From Camelus dromedarius (taxonomy: Eukaryota), in NCBI RefSeq assembly GCF_036321535.1, contig NC_087436.1, positions 16,926,001 to 16,990,000 on the forward strand: a stretch of 64,000 bases of DNA, read 5' to 3'. The notes below the pieces were generated by a model. It was not told the DNA's origin and searched no databases. It saw nothing but the letters and a program-made list of their open reading frames with translations. A program made the translations under genes and the position numbers. This document shows, piece after piece, positions 39,585 to 50,581 of this stretch (positions are counted from its first letter, which is position 1; each line of letters starts with the position of its first letter).

Positions 39585-39719
39585 TCTATGAAACAATGTT
39601 TGCTAAAAGGGAAGACTGGCGAGGATTAGGAAGAAGTGAGCTCCTTAAATTCTTCAACGACTGTGGTCATTTCCCAACCCAGCAGCAAACTGATGAGGTT
39701 TGGGACCTGGTCCACAGAG
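39585..39719 (+). CDS. IQCM: IQCM internal coding exon D (135 bp, phase 1 to 1): (F)YETMFAKREDWRGLGRSELLKFFNDCGHFPTQQQTDEVWDLVHR; probable GC donor
   Basis: Long pyrimidine tract ending TTGTAG at 39584; T+TC across the junction gives Phe. It lies within ORF 39518..39838. The 3' end is best placed at GAG|GCGAGT (39720), after which the sequence turns to low-complexity pyrimidines. Confidence 0.88.
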
Positions 39720-41214
39720 GCGAGTGTTTTCTCATTTCTTTTCTTCTTTTGCTTTTGCCTTCCTTCTTTATTTCCTCCCTGTTTTCCTCCCTTGTTCTTT
39801 CCTTCCTTCCTTTTACTTTCAGTAAGCTTGTCTTATAAATCCTTTTTTTCAAATTTTTAAAACCCGATTTTAATATATATGAAAGAAGAGACTTAAAGAA
39901 CAGGTTAAAAGAAGTGAATACAATAAAGTTATTTTAAGAGGGGTGGCGGAGATGATTTTTACGTTTTAAGTTCTTGATGTATTTTTCATACACTAAGTTT
40001 AGCCTGAATATATTTTAAATCATCATATTTGAAATACTGATGCTAAAATGATTTCTCCTGAATGGTTAGATTTGGTACTGAAGAACATAGTTAAGTTTAA
40101 ATGTGTAAACATAAATTATTTCAATACAATAGATATTCAGTTTGAAAATTGATTATTTTCTGAACAATAAGTGAAAGGATAATATTGTAGTGTATGGGAA
40201 TATGTAATAAATTAAATGGAGCAACGTTTCTCTCTTCTCTAAAAACTACTAAGTGGGTGGAAATTGTCACCAAAGTTATGGGAAATCTCAATGAATTTTC
40301 CTTAACCCGTTAAGATTCTTCTCAGCATTTCTTTTTATGTCCACACTGGTGCTGTGGCTTGCTGCTGTGTTTAGAGATGGTGGATGATGTATCCACAATT
40401 TAATTGAGAAGAAAAGGTAAACAAACAAAAGATTTCAGGACTTTTTTTTAATAGAGGAAAATGGCCCACATGCCGATAGGAAGGTATGATTAATGTCAGG
40501 GTGACAAGGTTGAGGCTTCATTATAGGTTGACGTTCTCATCCTTTGTTAGTTCTTAATGTAAACTGACCTAATTCTTTGCCTGTATATGGACTTTGCTTT
40601 GCCACTGCCAAATCACTAGTACTTAGACAGGTTTTCTAGACTCTCGATAAATATTTGTTCACAGACTAGAGAAGCATTCAAATCACTTTGTGCTTCAGTG
40701 GTCATGACTAGGTTGTTTGTTTAAGCAACTTTTTTTGATGAAAAAACATTTAATATTTATTATATAAAATTTGGGAATATAGAAATATATAAAATTACTA
40801 ATAAATAGCAATTATTAATATTTAATGTTTATTGTTCCCAGTTTTTTTCTGTGCATGTAACAATTTTATGAAAATTGAGGTTTTCTGTAGTTTGAAAATC
40901 TACTTTTTTTTTTTTGCTTAACAGTACTCATAAATTTCCAAGGCATAAATATCTTTTACAACATTATTTATGACTTAGTAATAATCTATCATAAGGGTGT
41001 TCTACAAAGTGTTTACTGTTGCACATTTAAGTTCTTTATTTTTCTTTATAATAAATAATAATAAAATTTTAAAAATTGAATGTGACAAAATAGAAATCAC
41101 CTGAGATTTCAGAAACTTATACTGATTAGTGTTATTAATTTAAAATATAATTTTTTGTTCAAATTAATAGTTCATAGTAATATTTTCCTCCACTGATTAT
41201 TCTGGAATGTATCA

Positions 41215-41456
41215 TAAAGGCTTAGGTTTAGAGCATGGCTCTAGAATTAGCTTGCCTGGGTTTAATTCCTGGCTCCTTCACTTAACTAGCTGTGTCTTTG
41301 GACAAGATATTTATCTCTGCTATGCCTTATTTCACTCATCTATAAAAGGAAGGTAATACTGTCTAAGTCATTGCACTGTTATGAGATTTAAATGAAATAA
41401 CTTGTGTAAAATATGTGGCCCATAGTAAGTGCTCAGTAAGTGTTTGCTATTATTAT
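41215..41456 (+). mobile_element. Near-complete MIR SINE
   Basis: agagcatggctctaga..tgcctgggtttaattcctggctcc..cacttaactagctgtg..ctcatctataaaag..catagtaagtgctcagtaagtgtttgctattattatt. Confidence 0.85.
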
Positions 41457-43755
41457 TCTTTAAATTCTTAAGTATACTTAAATAATTATGAAAGTTGATT
41501 TTCATAATTTTTATTTTGAAAATGTTTAAATGTTGAACCTAATTATAGAATGATTTATTTTTATAGAGATTTTTGTATTGAATGTTATCCATTGGTTTCC
41601 ACCCGTATCATCTCTTTTGATTATCATAATAATAACCTGTGTGCTAGAGGAGATGATATGCTTATTTATGTTCATTTCACAGCTGAGAGAACTGAGACTT
41701 AGAAAGAGACTTTTTTAAGCTCATTACGAGAGCTGGAACTTTATCCTTGGTCTCTTCAAGTTCAGTGCTGTTTCCATTTTACTATGTGGAGACACTTTAA
41801 AAGTTCAGTGCTACAAAAACATAATTAGGTGGATGATTAAAATATTCTTGACAGCAAGTACTGCCATTTATTGATCTTTCACATACTAGATAATGCCGTG
41901 CAATATAGTAGGTTTTTCTGTAAATAATTCACTGTATTGAATTTCTTATTAAAACTAGAATTTTCAAAAGAAAACTTAGTTTAAAAACATACTATTTTTA
42001 TTATAATGCCTAAAATTGAGAAGCTTTCCTTTATAGAAAGAAGTCACTCTAACATAATTTAAAATATATATCCAATTATGTTGCTCAATCCAGTTAAAAA
42101 ATTCTAGTGGTTCATAAGAAGCTTTCATTTAAAATGGAAATATTCTAAAGTAGTTGAAAGAAACCAGAAAATTTATGGGAAATGGAGCTAAATTAATGTT
42201 TTCTGCTTGCTTTTGGTATATACCATTTTTTAAGAGACTCTGATTTTACACATTTTTGATTGTCAGTCATCTTCATTCATACTGACTTCCTTGATTGTGG
42301 ATAATAGCTCCAGATGTGCAACCTACACATTTTTTCATCCAGTAGAATATTTCATCTAACGTATATATACTTAATCCAATTGATTAACTTTTTCAGTGTA
42401 TGATACCAAGTAGGTTAAATTTCTAAAACTGTATGTGTTCAGGTATTTTTAGCTTTTGTTTTTTCATTTTTTTCTTCTTATCACTATGGTAACAAAGAAA
42501 TTGTGACTGAGGACATGATTTTTTGTCTGAAAATCTTCCTTTGGGAGAATGAAGCAACTTCAGACTGCCTGTATAGACTGATCTTAAAGGCTGAAGACCA
42601 TGTAAACATGAGAACCTTTACTTGATATTTATTTAAATCTCAACAAAGAAAGCTAACTAATAGCAATGGAGTGGCATATCTCAAGAAAGATAATACATTT
42701 GGTTCTATGTTATCTATTCTCAAATCTTCTTAGATTTTTGAACTTTGAAGGTTTTCCAGTGTTTTCTCAACATGTAAATAGAACTTTTTAGTTTATTTTC
42801 TGCAACTAAAATAATAGAAAACTCAACAATGAAGACAAGTCCATTTTCACTGTGGAGCCCTAGATAAAAACCTTAAAACCTGAAATAGTCTATGCATCTG
42901 AAGAAACTATGGTCTGAGATAGGATATGAATTATTTCAGGCTCCCTGACTAATTGGTGGCAAACTGTAACTATATCCTGGGCCGCCTCCTCCTCAAGGCA
43001 CAGCTTTGTCCCCCACAAGCAGACAACACTGGATTTTCTGCTATTTTCTCAAGATACAGCTTTGTGTTATTAAATGGGAAGCATATAACGATTTTCTCCT
43101 AAATTTTTTTTTCATATGAACAAGCACTCTAACAATAAGATTTTGATTATGCAGAAAAGGGATTAAGGAGGATTAATAAAAGATAGTAGATAATAGAGGA
43201 TACTAGGGCATAAGAAATTCTGATGGTAAAAGAATGCAGAAGTATAGGAGATAACATGTTAAAAAGCTTTATTCTAAATAACTTCTAAAAGAGAAATTTA
43301 GCACATTCTTATTATAAACATTTTGAAAATATATACTAAAACCAAGAGATGAAAATAAAAATACTGGCCATTTTGTTTCAGAGTGACATGAGGCTACTGA
43401 CTAGAGGTCAACTAGAATAGGTAGCCAGGTCTTGTAAAGATCTCCTAGGGCCATCATAAACATGAGGGGAAGGTGTCTGGCAATTTGTCTTCTTTTTTAT
43501 ATAATAAAAATGTGATCACACTGTGCATTTATGTTGCTGGTACAGATCTCAGTCCATGAACTCACTGTTTCTCTACAAAGAGTTAATTTTTATTTCAAAC
43601 CTCCATCAAACTTTAATCTCAGTCAATTTGGCTTTTCATTTTCTTTTTATGAGGTTGTGGCTAAATAAGGAGGGAAGGCTGTGTAGTGACACAGCATGTG
43701 GAGTGTCCTGTCCACCTGATCTGCAGTATCATATGTGGACACAGGCATTTCCTGG

Positions 43756-44124
43756 TGTATTGGTCTGCCAGTTCCCATGACAACTACCACAGGCTGGGTG
43801 GTTGAACAATAGAAATTTATTTTCTCACAGCTTTGGAGGCTGGAAGTTCAACATCACGGTGCTGACAGAGCTGGCTTCTCTTGAAGCCTCTGTCCTTGAC
43901 TTGCAGACCACTGGCCTTCTTGCTATGTCCTTACATGGTCTTTTTTCTGTGTGCCTGTCTCAGATGTCTCTCCCTCTTCTTATAAGGCCGCTAGTCTTAC
44001 TGGATTAGGGCCCCATCCTTATCACCTCATTTAACCTTTAAAGGTCCTACATCTAAAAAGAGTCACATTTGAGTTTAAGACCTCAACATATGAATTTGGA
44101 GGGGACACACTTAAATCCATAACA
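43756..44124 (-). mobile_element. MaLR solo LTR (MLT1A/B/C-like)
   Basis: tgtattggtc...aaatccataaca with a 5-bp near-TSD cctgg / cctga. Typical block aacaatagaaatttattttctcacagctttggaggctggaagt. Accounts for ORF 43802..44008. Confidence 0.88.
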
Positions 44125-44214
44125 CCTGAGAGATCCATTTGACTTGTTGGATAACTTACTACTCACATTTAGTCAGTCCCAGCGGGTTGCTATGGAGATT
44201 TTTTAAAGGTCTCT

Positions 44215-45100
44215 TTTAGGTTAGTCTACATATTAAAAAATTCACTCATTGTGAGTGTACAGTTAAATGACTTTTGGCAAATTTATAATTTTGTGAAACC
44301 ATAAGCACAACAGGTTTTAAAGATTTCTATAACCTGAAAAGTTCTGTTAAGTCCATTTTCAGTCAGTCCCTACTGTTACCCCCAGTCCCAGATAACTACT
44401 GATCTGCTATATATGTCTATAGAATTGCCATTTCTAGAAATTTCACATAAATAGGATGATACAATATGTGTATATTGTGGCTGACTTCTTTCACGTAACA
44501 TGTTTTTCAGGTTCATTAGTGATGTGGCATGTATCAGTACTTCATTCCTTCTTATTACTGAATAATATTCCATTATGCATATATCACATTTTGTTTATTC
44601 ATCAGTTGGTAGATATTTGGGTTGTTTCTACCTTTTGGTTATGAATAATGCTGCCATAAACATCTCTTTGTTGTTTTAATTTTCACTTCCCTACAAAACT
44701 AATAATATTGAGCATTTTTTCATGTTCTTATTAGATATTCATATACTATCTTTTGAAAACTGTCTATTCAAAACTTTTGTGTATTGTTTTACTTCAAAGC
44801 TTTGTTTTCTTATTATTGAATTATTGGAGTTCTTTATATATTCTGGATTCAAACTCTTTATCAGATACACAATTTGCAAATATTTTCTCCCTGTCAATGG
44901 AATATATTTTCATTTTTAAAATGATATCTGAAGCACAGTAGTTACAAATGTTTATAAAGTTTAATTCATCAATTTTTTTCTTTTCTAGAGTAGGCTTTTG
45001 CTGTCATAGTTTAGAAATCTTTGCCTCTTAAAAGATAAATATTTTCTTCTATTTTTTCCCTAGAAGTTTTATGATTTAGCTCTTTTAGGTCTATAGTCAA
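44215..45100 (-). mobile_element. L1 3' end (L1MB/ME-like)
   Basis: Minus-strand ORF 44376..44573 MEYYSVIRRNEVLIHATSLMNLKNMLRERSQ is the typical translation of the L1 ORF2 end and 3'UTR. Confidence 0.85.
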
Positions 45101-45129
45101 TTTTAGTTTAATCTGTTTGCATGTTTTAA

Positions 45130-47400
45130 TATACGGTGTTTCTTCTATAGGCAGCATGGAGTTTGATCTTGCTTTTTTATAATATAGTTTGACAAGCCTG
45201 TCATTTGATTGGAGTCTGTAGTCCATTCACATTTGATGCTATGATTGATGTGGTTGGAGTTACGTTTGCCATTTTGCTATTTGTTTATTGTATGGTTTAT
45301 GTGTCTCTGTTGTTCCTTTGTTCCTCCTTTACTGCCTTCTTTTGTATTTTTTACAAATATTTTTACTGTACTATTGTAACTACACTGTGAATTTTTAAAC
45401 TGTATTTTAAAAATTATTTTCTTAGTGGCTGCTCTATGGATTGCAGTATACTTCCTAACTTATCACAGTATTGTTCAGATTAATACTAAATAATTTCCAG
45501 TTAAGTACACCAACTTTGTTTCAGTATAGTTCCATGTCATCTCTCCTCCTCTGTGCTCTTATCATCATATGCATTGCATATATAAAGTTTATAAACCTAG
45601 CAATGCTGTTTTAAAATTATGATTTTATATAATCAGGTGGTTTTAAGGGGGTTAAAAAGGAATGTGAAAAATATTTTATAGTTTTTTTATATTAAATATA
45701 TACACTTGTGTGTATATATATATGTGTGTGTGTGTATATATAAATATTTGAATACATTTACCACCTCCTTTGCTTTTCATTACATCTTTGGATAGGAATT
45801 AACATCTGGTGTCTTTTCCTTTGAGCAGGTCTTCTAACAGTAATTTCTCATAATCTTTTTAAATCTGGAAATGTCTTTACCACTTTAATTTTTTTTGAAG
45901 GATAGTTTTTCTGGATAGAGATTTCTTGATTGACAATTTTATTTTTCAGTACTTTGAATGTATTCTTCCACTGGCTCCTGGTCACCATTGGTTCTGATGG
46001 GACATCAGTCATAAATCTTATTTTTGTTCTCCTATATATGATAAGGTGTTTGTCATTTTATGGTTTCAAGGTTAACTCTTTGTCTTTGTCTTTCAACACT
46101 TTGGGTATGGTGTGTCTAGGTGTGAATCAATTTTTATTATACTTGGGGCTCATTGAACCTCTTGGATCTTTAAATGTGTTTTTTAAATCAAATTTGGCAA
46201 TTTTTCAGCCAAATTGTTTTGTGTTTTTTTCTCTCTCTTCTTTTCGTCTAGGACCCTCTTATATTTATATTAGTCTGTTTAATATTATCCCAGAAGTTTC
46301 TGAGGCTATGTTTAATTTTTTTTTAATTCATTTGTTCCATTCTTAGAAGTAGATAATAGTTACTGATCTACTTTCAACCTCACTATTTCTCCCTTCTCTC
46401 TTCTCAAGTACATTACCTAGACTATTTTGTGAATTTTTCATTCCATTATTGTATTTTTCATCTCTGGAATCTTTTAGTTACTTTTTATAGATTTTATTTC
46501 TCTTGATAATTCTTATTTTTGAGTAATTGTCATATTTTCCTTTAATTCTTTAAGTATAATTTATTTTAAATATTTAAGCATATTTATAATAGCATTTTGA
46601 GGTCTTTTTGTCTGCTAAATCTAGAATTTGAGTCCATTCAATTTTCATTGACTTTTTCTTCCCTGAGGATAGGTCACACTTTCCTGTTTTTTGAGTGTTT
46701 CTTTTTTTTTTTTTTTATAATTGTTGAACATTGGACATTTTAGTTAATATGTTTTTGCAACTATGGATTCTGACCTTCCCCACTCCAAGGGTTTATTTAT
46801 TAGTAATTGTCTGGACTTAATATGTGGAATCTGATCTCCTCTCCATGATGTTTGGCTATTCATTTTTCTGCTCAGTTATTGTTTTAATTCTTTGGGGGGG
46901 GTTCAAACAGATCATCTTTGTATCTGTATAACTTAGTTCTCAGCCAATAATTGGCCAGATGTTTTACTCAAAACACCTTGAGCCCCTGAGGTCTCCACCA
47001 TCTGTGTGTGGATTTGGGAGTACATTCAATGTTCAATTTTATGTCTGCCTCATATTTTACTTTCCGCTGGCACTCTTGGGTTTTTTCTGTTCATTACCAT
47101 TGTTTCCTGGTTAGCTTGGGATGTGTGTAGAGATTATCAAATCTTTCTATTGCCTTCTTATTTTCAGAACCTATTAAATTTGCAGTTGTCCTGTGGTTGC
47201 CCCCAACTGAGACTGAAACTCAGGCTTGCAGAGCTGCAGCTTCTGTCCATTTATTTCTTATCAAGTGTGTTATTTATACTGTTAATGCCAGTTGGTTTTG
47301 ATTTTTTCTCACCTCTTCAAATCAGTTTAGCTTCCTTTGATGGCTTTATATGTGGAGAAAATAATTCTCATTTTAGGCATATTGACATTGGTCAAGTCTT
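45130..47400 (-). mobile_element. Old L1M 5' portion (5'UTR, ORF1 and spacer), decayed
   Basis: T-rich strand with antisense ORF1-like blocks (ttgaaggatagtttttctggatagagatttcttg..ttcagtactttgaatg..cttccactggctcctgg; aaatttggcaatttttcagcca). Confidence 0.7.
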
Positions 47401-50254
47401 CTGACCCTTGTCAGGATCCAGTTCAGTAGAGCCTATGACCTATAGGTCTACATTCGTTCACTAGAGGAAGACGAAATGCTCAAAAATGTAGTTATATGAG
47501 TATAACTCTTGGAACAAAATCAGATTATCAGAAATGAAGCAATAAAGATGATTTAGGCAGGTGGCCAGTATTAGGAATATCTGATACTTCTGCTGATGAC
47601 TGAATAATGATAATAGTCCTTCTAGTATCACCTCCACTTCATTAATGAAAGGAGTCCCCTAAATTGTACTGCCATGAAGTTTTTTTTTTTTTTTGTTTAA
47701 AGCAGCATTTAAAGTTTTTGGGTTATGCAACGCTGGGTAACTTGAGAGAGTTTGATGTTTGTCCCACCTACTCTGATGGGTTTACTATTCAGGTCTTATG
47801 AATCTATAGACTCTTACTATGCATTGCAAAGATATAAAGGTTTGTTAGTGATGTCTATAACCCTTGTGTAGCAGTATGTCACCTTTTTTCTGGTGTTTTG
47901 ATAGATATTGTCTACTACTTTCATCCATGTGAGAAGTAAAAGAACATTCTTTTCTCTGGTTGATAATTTCTGGTATGTCATGAAGTGAAAGGAAATACAT
48001 TAGAGCATATTGTATGGATGCCTTCCCTGACTGAGACAATCCAGAATATTTTTTATAAAAGTGTTCTTGCAAATATATTCAACAAACATCTTTCGAGCAT
48101 TTAGTATGTTCTGTGAAATTTAATGTGGTTCAAAAGTCTTAGAGTCCCCACAATAACTGCGGGGACAGGCACATGTATAACTAGATAAATACAATGTTGT
48201 AAATGCTTATACATTCAAATATGTATCAAGTACAGAGATGATACAGATACTAATTATGTCTTAAGTTTGGAAATCAGGGAAAGTTAGAGTATTTAAGACT
48301 TGAATCAGTCATTGTGCTAACTAGATTAATAACAAAAAAGACAAGAGTTTAATGCATAAAGGATTGTGTGCAAAGCAAATTAGAATTTTCAGGGATGCTG
48401 GTAACACTGAATAGAGGAGAGTATGTGTCTGCTGGGTGGATAACTGGGGAGGGGCTTGATGTTACTAAAACTGCTGACTAAAAGATACCAGATCATTCAT
48501 TGAGATCTAGTTGACTGTGGTTGCCTTTCCATATAGGATTCTTCTTATTTTGGGTTTCTTGTTCACCTGTCATCTGCCTACCGGAAATGGATGTTTCCAA
48601 ATGTACAATGCAAATTAGATTTTGGATATAAATCAGTTTTGTAACAGTAGGAGCTATTTAAACACTTCTCCCTAGAGCTTGAATACCCCTGAATAAACTA
48701 GATACCAAACCCTAGGGACAAAGAGCAACCCCAAAAGATCTGTCTATCATCACCTTGCTTCAGCTACCTAATACAAGCAGCTGCTCCTAAAATTCCACCT
48801 GCTTTCTCCCTAACACTTTTTAAAGATAGTTCTTGACATTTTGTCTCATCTTACATTATTTAACACCGTTAATGCCCTCTTTCACTCTAGCCATGGTTGT
48901 GCAAAGCCTGTGAAAGCCTATGTTAATGATACGCCCTGGGAATGGTTGTTGCCAGTGGAAGACGTTCCCCTTTCTCCTCTTTCCTATCCTGCAGTCACAT
49001 GAGTTGTTACTGCAGTTATTAAGTTCCTCTAATTAGCCATACTGGGTTTTTTTAAATCTTTGGGTCTTTATTACTTGGGTTGAAATAGTTGTATCATTGT
49101 TATATAAGCTGCACAGAGAATCTGATTAAATTGTGTAATATTACTTAACACCAGCCATTCTTCTAAAGCCTGTCTGTTTTCTTTAAGTAGAAAATAACCA
49201 TCTTTAAGAAACAGCAGGAACAGCAGGGGTCTGAGAGTGGTGTTAAGTTCAATAGAGGTATAATTACTTTCATAAGTCTGTTAGAGAGCAAGGCTTTCGG
49301 CTTCTTTTGTTAGATCACTGTTTATTAAGATTACACACCCAGCACTCCTAACATGGAGAGATCCACCAGCAGGTCTTTGTTTTATATGATTGAATTACTA
49401 TAATATCAGGAATATAAACTCCCTGGTGAGAACAACTTTGCTATGCAAGTCTCTGATAAATGAAAGAATTATTGATATAAAATATTTCATCAGAAGTGCT
49501 TATGAAATGCAAAACTTTATGATATAGTATAGCTATTCCAACATTGTAAACAGAATTAAAGAGCTCTATTTTTTTCTGGCATTTCATTTTATCCAGAGTC
49601 CTGTTAATTCCCATAGTGAAGTAAAAACTTACAAAGGACTTAAAGTAGTTTTCAGCCATTTACAGTCAAATAAGTCTTGCAGTTCTTACTCAGTTCACTT
49701 CTTAAGTCACCTTTAGGAATGAACATCTTCTAGCATTTCTGAATCAAGCTTTTAAAAGGAATTATGCTCTGCTTGGTAAGGCACCATGATGCTCCAGTGC
49801 TGTGAAGTCTATTGTGCTGATATGTTATAAGTGGTGTTGAAATGAAAGCTTATGATTCAGATTCCTGAAACCAAGCCTCTTTAGGGATGCTGCCAAATTA
49901 GATGCCAAAAGTTAATGCTAACGGATTGTTTACTAAAAGTTTACCTCTGCTGTCACAAGCCCACGAGAGCTTCATTTGGGCATTTCTGTTTCCAGAATTT
50001 AAAATTCTGTGACTGTTACCACATTGAAATCAGCATGGCAATACTGTTATGTAGATGCAGGGGTTTTTTTTTTGTTGTTGTTTTTTTTAACCAGAGCCAT
50101 ATTGGCCTGTTATGCAAAGTGTTTACAGAGTAAGCTTCTTTTAAGGCATAGTTTTTGAGGAGTTTTAAGGTAAATATCTCATGATCCTACCATAAAATTC
50201 TTGAATTTCTATTCTTTAGAAGTATTCCTGCCAATGATTCTTTATCTACCAATG

Positions 50255-50256
<2 letters not shown>

Positions 50257-50304
<48 letters not shown>
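50257..50304. repeat. (TA)n followed by poly-T
   Basis: Directly visible. Confidence 0.9.
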
Positions 50305-50438
50305 AGCATGATGAGGGACCAAACATCCTTTTAACTGATTTGTTAAGCAATTTAAATATAGAGGACTTGATTTACATATACATCCTTGTATGTACTTATA
50401 ATGCTTTGAGGCAGACACAAGAACACACATATAAGCAC

Positions 50439-50581
50439 TTTTTTTTTTTTTTTAGTTTTTTGAGGGGGGAGGTAATTAGTTCTATTTAATTAGTTTTTTA
50501 ATAGAGGTATTGGGGATTGAACCCAGGACCTTGTGCATGTTAAGCATGCACTCTACCACTTGAGCTATATACCCTTGCCCC
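50439..50581 (-). mobile_element. tRNA-derived camelid-type SINE (Vic-1-like)
   Basis: The reverse complement reads ggggcaagggtatatagctcaagtggtagagtgcatgcttaacatgcacaaggtcctgggttcaatccccaatacc...ctaattacctcccc plus an A-tail. Pol III A and B boxes are present and it is homologous to the copy at 56342. Confidence 0.88.

Noticed and set aside
45930..47404. Longest ORFs in the window (138 aa and 132 aa), hydrophobic and membrane-protein-like
   Set aside because: They lie on the T-rich antisense strand of a decayed L1, so the hydrophobicity is a compositional artefact.
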